DNA of 63,677 bases, filler included, from Octopus bimaculoides (Eukaryota): assembly GCF_001194135.2 (NCBI RefSeq). It is 5 parts of 5 records of this genome, joined end to end, with 100 filler letters (N's around TTAATTAATTAA, not from the genome) between each part and the next. Parts side by side here need not be neighbours in the genome. Positions count along the whole stretch, not along the records: positions 29,825 to 53,864 come from NC_068990.1; positions 53,965 to 60,374 come from NC_068983.1; positions 60,475 to 63,677 come from NC_069004.1; 2 more parts are not named here. One strand, 5' to 3'. The translations under genes were made by a program, and so were the position numbers. The notes under the pieces are model-generated. The model was not told the origin of the DNA, made no database searches, and was given only the letters and a program-made list of their open reading frames with translations. Shown here piece by piece: positions 51,301-63,677 of this stretch (position 1 is the stretch's first letter; the number at the start of each line of letters is the position of its first letter).

Positions 51301-52150
51301 CATTCACCATCATTTTTTTTATCAATTTGAAACTACAAGCTTAGCTACCATCCCAATGCATTCTTTTACTAACACAGTTGTGCCTGCACTTATACAATTT
51401 TTGTCCCAGATTACTGCATTTCTTTAAGAAATGGTTAATACTTCCACTCTTTTTTCCACAGATTCTAACTAAATTTTATCCATCTTTGTTTTCATCAAGT
51501 TTTTCCCTTTTCAGGTTTCCATTTGTCATCCACAACCAGTTTTCTTCCCTTCTGACATCCTCAATTTGTTGTGACCATAAGGTTCTTTATCTTTCCACTT
51601 ATTTGTGCTGTCATTCTTCTATCTGTTCTTAAATTCTTTCAATGTTTCAGTGACTTTTTTGATATTCATAGCTACAAATAATTGCTGTTTTCACTATGAG
51701 CAACATAGTTTTTCAGAACCCAAACTATAGCAGTGATGGTTGTTTTCTGTGTTTAGGAAACCTCTGCTTTCTTTCCTTTTTGTTGAACAGAGCCTATCAA
51801 TTTTAATTTTAAACTGATGTGCATGATGCGTTTTAAGCAGTTTCCTAGTTCTTTTATCTAATTCCTGTAGTTTTGTCTTTGTCTACCTTAAGAGTAGAAT
51901 ATCTTAACACTGGCATGGCTCACATATTAATTGCATTGATGACATTACCTCCAGTTAATTTTGTTTCAAGCACCATCCTAATCCTTCTTTTGTAGTCTTT
52001 GAAGAATTTCTTTTTCCTTTCTCTTTTCAATTACCTTATCATCCTGCAGCAACTCTAGTGTCTTGTATCTTCATTCTCTTTCAGTGATTTATTAATATCG
52101 TCTTGTAGTACCTTTTACTATCAATTTAATCTGTTGACTTTCCTTCATAG
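48400..52150 (-). mobile_element. Old, heavily decayed RTE-clade LINE (RT region well supported; extent of the upstream part uncertain)
   Basis: Minus 49190-49030 reads IK*GDIISPNLFTT*LEMII...GGINISDELVTLLQFVDNIVF (QGD-ISP-LF and FADD motifs). About 49520-49440 reads KDLGKYYL..LSHFYKLFS (NYRPISLL..YKLF-like). AGHVAK occurs near 48580. Confidence 0.6.
50821..51119. mobile_element. piggyBac-like MITE nested in the decayed LINE
   Basis: TTAA-CCCATTACCT ... AGGTAATGGG-TTAA, a perfect 14-nt inverted terminus including TTAA. Confidence 0.75.
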
Positions 52151-52184
52151 TTAAAACTGCTTATTTATTAGTCCAACTCCATAC

Positions 52185-52375
52185 CATCATCAGGTTCCAG
52201 TTGTCTGATTTGACATGATTTCTATGGCTGGATGCCTTTCCTAATTCCAACTGTTCTAAAGAGTGTACTGAGAGTCTTTTACATGTCACCAGCACAGGTG
52301 CCTTTTACATTTCATTGGCACAAGTGTCTTTTTGTGCAACTGGCATGGGTGCCTTTCATATGTCACCATCATCCT
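52185..52375 (-). mobile_element. Interspersed repeat family F, diverged
   Basis: tctgatttgacatgatttctatggctggatgcctttcctaat similar to 31072-31125. Confidence 0.6.
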
Positions 52376-52429
52376 TGCTAAATATTCTTACTGTTTGAAC
52401 AAGAGAGTCTAGGTCTATTTCATTTTTGA

Positions 52430-52680
52430 TACGAGGTGATATCAAAAAGTTTCTTGAGGTAAATAACCTATTTGCCTAAGTTTTAATATCATCTCCTTCG
52501 AAATAATCGCCTTGCACAGCAATACACTGGTCCCAGCATTACTGCCACTTGGAATCTGGCCTAGAAGCTGCATTTTCATCTTGGGGGAAGAGATGCAAGT
52601 CCACAGGTGTTAAATCTGGTAAATAGGGCAGGTGTAGAAGTGATACCATGTTGTTTTTGGTGAAAAACTCATGAGTCAGG
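52430..52680 (-). mobile_element. Mariner terminus with transposase C-terminal remnant, second copy
   Basis: tacgaggtgatatcaaaaagtt TIR; minus translation WQ*CWDQCIAVQGDYFEGD; colinear with 10751-10910. Confidence 0.8.
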
Positions 52681-53220
52681 AGGACAGATACCTTTCTCTT
52701 TGGTTAAGTCCTCACTAAGTTCTACAAGTTCCACTTGGAAAGAATAGTGATGGTGAAGACAGGAGTGCTGTCACCCAGCAAGTTTGTCAAAACCTGGATG
52801 ACTGTAGTAAAAATGGTTATGGTGACTGGAACTACTCTAAGCATGCACATGTAGAGAACAATATTTGGGCAAGTATTTATGCCCTTGGTGATCAAGATGA
52901 TCCTGGATCTGAGGGTTCTCCAGTGTCAAGAGAACTGCATTATCCATGGATTCACATATTTTGTGAATCAATACCTTTATCTCATTTCCCTTCCTCCCCC
53001 TTTCTTTCTCCATCTTTGTATGTAAACCCCCATACAAATTATAAACAGTGCTTGTAATGCCCACCTCTTCTGATTCTCCTTTGGCAAATAAAATAAATCA
53101 TTATTGTTATTTTTATCTTTATTATCATTATTAATATATATATATAATACAATATTTGTATTTCATATAATTATATATAACAGCATCAGCACCAAGTAAT
53201 GATTATGAATAAACGAACTG

Positions 53221-53596
53221 TAGGTTAGTTAAAATATGTTTGCGGCATATTTTAACTTCTAAAAGTAAATTCACTGAAGTTGCCACAAAGAAAAGATTTA
53301 CTCTTCTAGTGTAAAAACACCACATCTACCCAGTGTCTTCCTCTAGTGGATCCCCAGACACACTGTTTCTGGGTCTTTAGCCTTCCTCAGTGGAAAATAT
53401 CAGAATGATAACCCTAGGTAGAATCAAAGCTGTAGCTTTAACTAAAACAGAGTGAACATCAATGAGTGAGTTGTGATATCAGCAGATATAATATTTTTAC
53501 ATTTTTACCATAAGAAAGAATTTTTTTTCCATGGTAACTATTATGAATTTACCTTTAGAAGTTAAAATATGCCACAAACATATTTTAACTAACCTA
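53221..53596. mobile_element. TA-flanked MITE with ~53-bp TIRs
   Basis: taggttagttaaaatatgtttgcggcatattttaacttctaaaagtaaattca is the inverted match of tgaatttacctttagaagttaaaatatgccacaaacatattttaactaaccta (2 mismatches). Confidence 0.85.
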
Positions 53597-53607
53597 AAAT
53601 TCAATCT

Positions 53608-53864
53608 GCCAGAAGGGAAGCTAGGCGACAGGTTTATTTAGCCAGAGGGGAAGCAGATAAGAAAAGATTTGCCAATGTTCTGCGCCGTGAGGACCAAAGA
53701 CTCGAGGTATTTCGTGTTGCAAGACAGTGTAGGAGAGAGAATAGTGATGTTGTAGGAGAGAAATGTGTTCGCATGGATGATGGTACGCTTGCACTAAATG
53801 AGGCTGCAAAGAAAGAGGTCTGGAGATGCCACTACGATAGATTGCTTAATAAAGAGAATGAATG
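53608..53864 (+). mobile_element. Young RTE-clade LINE fragment (EN-RT linker), cut by a gap
   Basis: Open frame ARREARRQVYLARGEADKKRFANVLRREDQRLEVFRVARQCRRENSDVVGEKCVRMDDGTLALNEAAKKEVWRCHYDRLLNKENE; the V...W..HY..LLN.E motif is typical of RTE ORF2. Confidence 0.75.
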
Positions 53865-53908
53865 NNNNNNNNNNNNNNNNNNNNNNNNNNNNNNNNNNNN
53901 NNNNNNNN

Positions 53909-53920
53909 TTAATTAATTAA
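53909..53920. other. Assembly linker TTAATTAATTAA inside an N gap
   Basis: As at 12486. Confidence 0.9.
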
Positions 53921-53964
53921 NNNNNNNNNNNNNNNNNNNNNNNNNNNNNNNNNNNNNNNNNNNN

Positions 53965-54007
<43 letters not shown>

Positions 54008-54654
54008 CATGTGCATATATATAAGCCTACTGTGCATGTAGATACCTGTATGTATAAAAGTTCTTCCTGACATGGAGAGGTAAGTTTTAAAAAAAAATCC
54101 ATAATGAAATTCATGAGAAGATGCTATGTCTATAGATATACAAACTCCAACTGCACACATACATAAGTATGCGTGTTCGTGTGTGCGTGCACGTGAATGT
54201 GCATGTGCGTGCGTGCTGGTGTGCGTTTGGTTTACATAAAAAGCTCTTCCTGACACGGAAAGGCAAGTTTAAAAAATTTACGATGACGTCTATGCTGACA
54301 ATGGAATAAGAAAAAAGGAAGAAAGTGCAGAAGAACGAAGGCTATGTGGGTTTGCTGAATGAATCCAATTTCCAAAGACGTTGAATAAATGTCAAAACGC
54401 AAGAAGAGATAAAACTCGTAACAAATGTTCTCCTTTTGTAATGTCAGGTGGAAAGTGGGATGACTATGGTTAAATCTTTTTAAAAAGACTGAAATTTAAA
54501 TATTGCAATGTAAATATGAAAAAGGCAAACGGAACATGTTTCAGTCAATAAATATATTTATCAAATACAAGATTTTACTTTTGTTTTGGTTTTCTGTTCT
54601 GAAATGTATTATGTTTTATATGATGTTAGAAATTTGAAGACCAGTATGCAGCAG

Positions 54655-55120
<466 letters not shown>

Positions 55121-55181
55121 CAAACATTAAATTTTTAAAATTCAATATACCAACAAGCTATCTTACTAGAATTTTGTCTCA

Positions 55182-55283
<102 letters not shown>

Positions 55284-56268
55284 GATGATAAAGAAAAGAA
55301 AATTTAAATCCAAATACGTGGATGACGAATGTGTCACATCAAGTTTGAAAGAATATTAAGTTGATGTCATGCCTGTTAGTAACCAAAGTTCTTTCAGCCG
55401 AAGGAAATTTTCGAGAAATATTTTGTTTTTTGACGATTTGTGGAATTTTAGCATGAATACAGAATGCAGTTAAGTGCTCTTGGATTAAATCCGTGATCAA
55501 ACTTTGAATATCGCANNNNNNNNNNNNNNNNNNNNNNNNNNNNNNNNNNNNNNNNNNNNNNNNNNNNNNNNNNNNNNNNNNNNNNNNNNNNNNNNNNNNN
55601 NNNNNNNNNNNNNNNNNNNNNNNNNNNNNNNNNNNNNNNNNNNNNNNNNNNNNNNNNNNNNNNNNNNNNNNNNNNNNNNNNNNNNNNNNNNNNNNNNNNN
55701 NNNNNNNNNNCACTCCTAATTTACCTAAAAAAAATATCTCCAAATATTTTAAAACACATAATGATATTGTTTCATGCTAGTACGATATTTATCTTTTATT
55801 TCTATCAATCATGAAACTGCAGCCATGCTGGGACACCATCTCTGAAGAAGTTTAGTCCAACGAATCGACTCTAGTGCTTATTTTCAAAGCCTGGTACATA
55901 TTAAGATGAATCTATTGCAAAAAAAAAAAACATTAAGTTACAGGAACGTAAACACACCAACGCCAGTTTTCAAACGGCGACGGTGGAATTTGAACTCATA
56001 ACATAAAGACAGATGAAATACCGCTAAGCATTTTGCCTGGCGTGCTAACATTCTGCCAGCTCGCCGCCCTTATATGCAAAAATATCACCATACTCAGCTA
56101 TAAACAATTATTCAAAACCAACTGCCCCATACTCTACATTAAAACCAGAAACTAACTCTGACTCCCCCTCAATAATATAAAACAGAGCTTAATGAGTCTC
56201 CGCAATTATTGATATAACTCACATTATAAATATAAAAGAGAAATAACAACAACAAAAAATGCAGTGCA

Positions 56269-56680
56269 TAGACGTAGGAGTAGCTGTGTGGTAAGTAGCT
56301 TGCTTACCAACCACATGGTTCTGGGTTCAGTCCCACTGCTTGGTACCTTGGGCAAGTGTCTTTTACTATAACCTCGAGCCAACCAAAGCCTTGTGAGTGG
56401 ATTTGGTAGATGGAAACTGAGAGAAGCCCGTCGTACATATGTATATATATACATATATATGTATGTGTGTGTATATGTTTGTGCGTCTGTGTTTGTCTCC
56501 CCAACATCGCTTGACAACCGATGCTGGTGTGTTTATATCCTCGTAACTTAGTGGTTCAGCAAAGGGACCAATAGAATAAGTACTAGGCTTACAAAGAATA
56601 AGTCCTGGGGTCAATTTGCTCGACTAAAGGCGATGCTCCAACATGGCCACAGTCAAATGACTGAAACAAGTAAAAGAGTA
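56269..56680 (+). mobile_element. SINE family D, full length
   Basis: Colinear with 31637-32070. Confidence 0.9.
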
Positions 56681-56859
56681 ATACATGTACTGATATTTTA
56701 ACACATTAACTAAATTAATATTTCCTACTTGATTTATCCACTCTAAAATTATTAAACGTATAGCCGACTTTGACAGAATTTGAACTCAGAACATAAAGAT
56801 GAACTCAACGCATTTTATCCAGTTTGGTAACGATTATACAAGCGCGCCGTCTTATGATC

Positions 56860-57075
56860 GGTAAATAATCCTTTCCACTATACGCACAAGGCCTGAAATT
56901 TTAGGGGTGGGGATAAGTCAATTACATTGACCCCAGTGCATCACAGCACTTATTTCATTGACCCCGAAAGGATGAATAGCAAAGTCGACTTCGGCAGAAT
57001 TTGAACTCAGAATGTAAGGATGGACGAGGGGACACAAATCATTTTGCCCGGTGTTTTAATGATTCAACAAGCTCG
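56860..57075 (-). mobile_element. SINE family C
   Basis: attgaccccgaaaggatgaatagcaaagtcgacttcggcagaatttgaactcagaa. Confidence 0.8.
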
Positions 57076-57440
57076 CTGTTTTATGATCTGTAAATAATAA
57101 AAGCAAACACTTATCTGCAAGATCGGGTGTTTTCGTAATTTATCTGTTCATTTGTAGAATGTTGATGCTTATGTACATATATACAAAGAATGCGTAACCT
57201 CGCAGCACGTCGATACAAATGCAAATGATAATCAGTGCATTTTGGGAAGCTGTGCATTGTGGATGGCCACTGGGGCACGCTGTTTCGAACCGAACAGAAT
57301 CTTACGCTGGTCACCGAACTGTGTTATCACAGAGCAATTTTTTCTTTGATAAGCATAACGTGCTTCACAATTGAGTGTACCGTGTTATCGCAAATCGATG
57401 AAGAATGAATCGGTGATAAACGAGGATAGACATACAAATC

Positions 57441-57540
<100 letters not shown>

Positions 57541-57840
57541 GCACGCACGCACGCAAGCATACCTACAAACATAAAAGTGAAAAGCAGAAACCATTATCAT
57601 GCCTTTGCACTGGCGATGTAATCAGATGTATGTATCAATAAATTATCGATCTAACTAAATATTTCGAGATCATGGCCAATACAAGAAGGTTATTGAATTC
57701 AATTTCTAGAACCAGGAACACAATGGAATGTTTTACGGTCTTTCAACTGAGGATCTATTGTTGAGGAATCCAATATATTTATCCATTTAACCATTCCAAT
57801 TTTTCACATGCATACACATACACCTTTGCACATATATATC

Positions 57841-58150
57841 GGTGCAGGCGTGTCTGGGTAGGAAGCAGTTTACTTCCCAACCACATGGTTCTGGGTTCAG
57901 CCCCACTGCATGGAGGCTCTTCGGTAAATATCTTCTACTATAACCTGAGACCAACCGAAACCTTGTGAGTGGATTTGATAAACGGAAACTGAAAGAAGTC
58001 CGTTGTGTATATCTACATATATATATATATATANNNNNNNNNNNNNNNNNNNNNNNNNNNNNNNNNNNNNNNNNNNNNNNNNNNNNNNNNNNNNNNNNNN
58101 NNNNNNNNTATACATACATATGCGTGTGCGTGTGTGTGTTCCCGTCTGTC
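57841..58150 (+). mobile_element. SINE family D, 5' half, with the gap in its central microsatellite
   Basis: Colinear with 31637-31810. Confidence 0.75.
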
Positions 58151-58758
58151 TGTGAATAAATGTTTAGTTCAATCAATATGTCTCTTTTAATAGGTGCAGG
58201 AACCTTCTATACATATTATCTACGTGGACCTAAATGCTGCAAGTTTTCTAATGTGCATGATATTAAAGTTGATTACACTTGCCTAGACAACAATGTTTCC
58301 AACATCTCACTCAATGCCAGGAAAAACTGAAAAAACACGCAATCACTTTTATCCTATGTACCCATATGAATTTGCTAAATTCAATTCACCAGGCTGAAAG
58401 GATTCTATATTTAGAAGGCAATCATTATACATTGATTCTATTTCTACTTGATGATATTCTGAGGAACTGTATAAGATTCACAGTCAACGACATAATGGAA
58501 GATTTACCGTTAGCATAAATTTTATAAAAGTCTAACAGGACAGAATATTGTGCCCTTGTCACTTTTCTCTTCTTTTTTTGAGCTAGAATACACTCAGCAC
58601 AGCTTCTCCATATTTATTAGGATGCGTAACTGTCACTTTTATATGTCTCAAAAACAGCAGTTATGATAACAATTTTTTGTATCTCTGAACATAAATAGTG
58701 ATTAGAAAATTACTATTTTTCAGTCTCACACTGTGAGACATTCAGCAACAGTACTTCG

Positions 58759-59131
58759 TAGTAAAGATTGTTTGCCGACATAAAATGGCAGTCCTGGTTT
58801 AGAACTAATGTTGCTGTAATATAGCCCCAGGAGACATCGTTTCCAGCTACATTTTCAAACAAGGGAATCTAGCATCCCTACTCAGCTCAAAACAATATCT
58901 GTGTATCACGATTTCTGGGTTATTTCCTTTCATCAGCACAGAATAATTGTTCGGATAGAGGTGGCACTGCCAAATTCCTGTTTGAAATATAAATTTTTGA
59001 AAGTGACAACTAGTCACTGATTTATATATTAGAAAATTACTAATTTTTAATCTCACAACGTGTGGCTAAATTACAGCAACATTAGTCCTAAACCAGGACT
59101 GCCATGTTATGATGGCAAACAATCTTTACTA
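58759..59131. repeat. Inverted repeat with ~71-bp arms and ~230-bp spacer (MITE-like or local inversion)
   Basis: tagtaaagattgtttgcc...ctaatgttgctgtaatatagcc (58759-58829) matches the reverse complement of 59061-59131. Confidence 0.8.
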
Positions 59132-60272
59132 CATAAATAGTGATGTTCTTTATTGAAGTTATCAATGTAGTTCCATTTCTGCTGATTTAAGCCAATTTCA
59201 TAAATTCAACAAAAAATTATTGGAATTTCTAATGAACGTAAGCGACGGACCAGCTATATTTAATAAGTCAGATTTTTTTTTCAATCAGTAATGATTCAAT
59301 AATGCCGAATAGTTTCCTCGACAAAACTTAGTTCGTGCCTAAGTACTAGTTCTATGAGGTGACTCAGGATAACTACAAAAATAAATTTTACTCTTTATCC
59401 AATAGCGATCAGCTTTCTTTAGGATATGGAACTGTCTCATCACTTAGCGTCACTGCATCTGACTCGTCACACATGCATTCCACGTCAGAGAAAATGCATG
59501 AAGCACGTCTTAGCAACAAACACGTGATACATACATGTAAAAAGCATAATATCCCTCTCTGTTTGTCTCGCCATATTTGTATGCATATATATAAGTAAGT
59601 GACGAACAATGAGAATGAGTGCTCAACACCGTATTGGTAGATAAACATTCTTTATTTCTGTATTAAGGCTACCATTAATTTCATGTTACAAAAATATCGT
59701 AAAATCTTAACAATTTTTCAGGCCGATTTCAGGGAGGAATGGTTCTCGTCTCCATTTTGGATTAAAACAACTTTCGTCCATGTGATTGGCTTGAAAACAT
59801 ATGTATAATATACATAGATACATACATANNNNNNNNNNNNNNNNNNNNNNNNNNNNNNNNNNNNNNNNNNNNNNNNNNNNNNNNNNNNNNNNNNNNNNNN
59901 NNNNNNNNNNATATATATATAGATTAATATTCTTTTGTGACTTGAGTTAAGTTTAACTTTACAACATTGTTTTAGCTGCTTTCAAGCTTTTGTAGAATAA
60001 CAGTGTGTATTTCGTTTTTGTGTTTCTGTGTATATACATGTATATAAGTTTCTATGACTATATATATGCTTGTCTGTGTGTCTGTATATTTATGTGTACA
60101 TTAAATGTATACTTCCAGATTTATTAACATATACACACACATATATATGTGCTTGCAACATATCTATACACAGAATGACACATGGAAATATGTTCACACA
60201 AACAAATATGCATACATTTATACATACATACATATACATATACATATATATACACATATACATACATATATA

Positions 60273-60304
<32 letters not shown>

Positions 60305-60335
60305 CACACAAACATATATTATTATATATGAAATC

Positions 60336-60374
<39 letters not shown>

Positions 60375-60418
60375 NNNNNNNNNNNNNNNNNNNNNNNNNN
60401 NNNNNNNNNNNNNNNNNN

Positions 60419-60430
60419 TTAATTAATTAA
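60419..60430. other. Assembly linker TTAATTAATTAA inside an N gap
   Basis: As at 12486. Confidence 0.9.
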
Positions 60431-60639
60431 NNNNNNNNNNNNNNNNNNNNNNNNNNNNNNNNNNNNNNNNNNNNCACACACACAAAAGGTGTTTCCTTTC
60501 TTTGGGGAGAACATGCCAGGAACTCCCTTGAAGTGTTCTCCAACGAAGCAAACGTCTGCTGCTTGGTACGCTGTCTTAATAAAATATGCCCATACTCACT
60601 ATGTTTTCCTATATTTACCTCTGGATACATGGTCCCGGG

Positions 60640-60673
<34 letters not shown>

Positions 60674-60692
60674 ATATATATATATATATATA

Positions 60693-60742
<50 letters not shown>

Positions 60743-61175
60743 GTATGTATATATTAAAGAGATATGTTGAGTAAGGCTACAAAAAGGAATGATATTAGGA
60801 TCTATTTGTTATATATGAGGAATTATGTTAGATGTGTATTCTATTTGCACATATTGGTGTCTGATTGCTTGATATAGCTAACCAAATTCGTTTAAAAATG
60901 AGTGCTTTATTGATATTTACCTGAATTTTTAAATCCCTTTTTTTCTTCCTCTTCTATATTTATATACAAGTCATTTTGCCATGTTGGACCGTTGAACTCT
61001 TCGCATTTTTCTCTTTTCAGTTTTTTCATTCTCTCTTCATTTTTTCCTCTTAATCCTTTCCGTCGAAGAATGTAGGCGCGAGACGTAAAAGACTTTTCCA
61101 TTCTTCTCAGCGTTAAACTAATACACATACTTGTTCCTACACCTGTCTTCGTCTTTTGTTTTCTTTAAATTTGAA

Positions 61176-61233
<58 letters not shown>

Positions 61234-61298
61234 GTGTAATATTAAAAGTCAGAGGAACGGAGGTTTTCCACATCTATAGTTTTATTATACAGTTATTT

Positions 61299-61385
61299 AC
61301 CTATGCGCGTTTCGGCTGCATCAGCTGCACACCGTTAAGTGTGCATCTTGGTATTAAGTGTCGGTGCAGCTTCTTCAGGGTCTGA
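61299..61385 (-). ncRNA. Degenerate hammerhead-like motif of the Penelope pseudo-LTR type
   Basis: Minus: agACC-CUGAAGA-aGCUGC...GCAGCc-GAAA-cGCGCA-UA-GGU. Core intact; single mismatches at the first pair of stem II and in stem III. Confidence 0.4.
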
Positions 61386-62419
61386 TATTTACTGCCACTC
61401 CAAGTTCATCTCATGAAATCATGAGGCTGACTGAATTGATGCGGAGCATTTTTCAATTGAAGTCGGATGTTGAGGGTTTGTTAGACACAGTGTGAGACGA
61501 CTGTTGTTATTGTTAGGTCTAACTCATCGTAATGTAAATGCCACCATGAGTGATATCCAAACCACAGTGGAGAAAGCTAGCCACTGTATTTGGTTAAAAA
61601 GAGACGATGAGCATCGGATAGAAGACTATTGAACTTTATTTGATAACCAGTTGATAACCAGCAAGCGGAGCCTCATATCAGTGAGGGGAGGCCGCTACAC
61701 ATTGATGCCGTCGGGAGGTAGGCCCCGAAAAGGCGCGCATTCTCTCCTCATGACACCATACACTTACTGGCTTCCGTTATGCGGAATACTCGACTGGTAG
61801 CACTTGCATGTGAAAGTTATTTGCAAAACAGCATTACATAAATATGAATGAGTTTGTTGAACTCTGTTTAATAAGCTCAAATCATATACTGTTTATATAT
61901 ATGTATATATTCTATGCAATTAAAATTTTATTTTATGTGAGCTTTCAAACTTATACTAACAATTTCGTTTGCACCAATTTTTTTTCTCACTTCATTATAT
62001 TTATAGTTCACCCAAACTTCTAAACCCTCTCTTTTATTATTTTCTTTCAGGATTTAACTACAAACATACTATTTCGTTTTCACTTTTGCTGTCCTCCTAT
62101 ACAAATTATAAATCTCTTTTGAATTTCTGTATTGACTCTACAGTACTCACACATTCAATTCTCTCCCCGCTACTTTGAATTAAATATAAAATCTCCTTAT
62201 TTTCTAATATATTTAGAAAGCCAATATATTCAGAAAGCTCATCTAATTTTTTTCTTATAAATTTAGTCACCGGAACTACCACTTCATCTGTTTCAAAAGC
62301 TTGTATAGACGGAAACATATGGCTGTTTGTAACGAATCATATTACCTTTAATGTAATGCATTAATATCATTCTCGACGTCTAAGAACATCATGTTTTTTT
62401 TTTACTTTATAATTGGCTT

Positions 62420-62734
62420 TTCAAATATACATCCATCCATATACATATATACTTACGTTTATATGTGTGTGTGAGTGTATGTATGTATATTTTTTTATAT
62501 ATGTATATGTGAACACACCCATACTCATGCATACATTTACACAGAAAGTAAACGTAATGCGTTCCAGGTACAACCGTAATACAAGCGTAATAAACTCAGT
62601 ATCCATGTATCTATTTGTCTGCCTATCTGTCTGTCGGTCTGTCAGTTTATGCATCTACCCACCTCAACATATCCTCACACAAAGATGTGTATGCACACAT
62701 GTATATACTCGCACGCAGATATGTCTATGTATAC

Positions 62735-62766
<32 letters not shown>

Positions 62767-62781
62767 AGATATACATGTATG

Positions 62782-62815
<34 letters not shown>

Positions 62816-62862
62816 TGTATCTATCTATCTATCTACACATACACAGACATATATATGTATGA

Positions 62863-62908
<46 letters not shown>

Positions 62909-63065
62909 GTGTGTGCGTGTATATACATATATATGCATACATACTTACACACATACATACATACATACATACATGCTACATGCACATGCATACGCACATG
63001 GGGAAACACACATACACACATACGCACACACATATATTTATACATACATTAACACACACATGAAT
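62420..63065. repeat. Compound di- and tetranucleotide microsatellite field
   Basis: Seen directly. Confidence 0.85.
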
Positions 63066-63309
63066 ACACAGATAAAACGAATCCAGGAAACAGAATGGGT
63101 GGAGCAAGATTCATTTTACTGCTTTCGTGATGGATTCCTTTTTTTTTTCTTCTGCAGCCAAAGTTTCAAAGAAATTCTGAGTTCTTCATTGGTTCAAAGA
63201 GAATAGTTTTAAACAAAAGTTTGCGTGTTGATTGATATCAGCGTTACCTTTCTTGTTTAGTTTCGTCACTCGCATTTTCAGTATTGGCATCGCTACTCGG
63301 AGTACCTCA

Positions 63310-63632
63310 ACACCAATAGTACCACGGCTAAAACAGCAACGCCGTTACCTGCGATCAGCGATAGCATTACCGTCATCACCGATATCATTGTTAGGATAAC
63401 GATGACGACGATTACGACGACCACCGCCTCCGCCGCTACCACCACCACAGCTATCATCATCATCATCAGCAGCAGCATCATCACCGTGGTGGTGGTCGTC
63501 ATTATCATCGTCATCGTTGTCGTCGACGTCGTCGTCATCAAGACCACCACAACCACCACGACCAAGACCATCACTAAGACCACCACCACCGAGACCACCA
63601 CCACCAAAACCACCACCACCGCCACCACCACT

Positions 63633-63666
<34 letters not shown>

Positions 63667-63677
63667 TCACTAAGACC
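63310..63677. repeat. Degenerate (ACC)/(ATC)/(GTC) trinucleotide tract
   Basis: Seen directly; source of the poly-V/T/H ORFs. Confidence 0.9.

Noticed and set aside
59359-59648. AP-1, CRE and E-box motif cluster with overlapping 79-aa ORFs
   Set aside because: Short motifs only, no core promoter arrangement, and the ORFs are not protein-like.

Overview
Eukaryotic, very repeat-rich, gap-containing genomic DNA. It is most likely a coleoid cephalopod (Octopus-like); this rests on my recognition of the tRNA-derived SINE families and the microsatellite density, not on a database search. I cannot identify any intact host protein-coding gene. Almost all ORFs in the supplied track are microsatellite or N-gap artefacts. 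The window is made of several tRNA-derived SINE families (some with clear TSDs, some sharing exchangeable modules), decayed RTE-clade LINE fragments, mariner remnants and related MITEs, piggyBac-like and TA-flanked MITEs, mini- and microsatellites, and four scaffold linkers (N44-TTAATTAATTAA-N44). The best candidate for a new system is at 38029-38700: a ~358-nt non-coding unit, present as a permuted tandem copy plus an inverted copy. It carries a minimal type I hammerhead ribozyme motif (CUGAUGA...GAAA, palindromic stem III ACCCGGGU, GUC cleavage triplet), and one copy ends exactly at the predicted cleavage site, as expected of a retrozyme or Penelope-derived element. Other notable items are an ORF1-only (RRM-like plus CCHC knuckle) Tx1/L1-like element with a poly(A) signal and A-tail, a second degenerate hammerhead at ~61.3 kb, an Oct/Sox-TATA-Inr promoter candidate at ~23.1-23.2 kb, and a CpG-depleted 24-kb block bounded by linkers. 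Repeat boundaries were read by eye and are approximate to about 10-20 bp unless a TSD or TIR is quoted.
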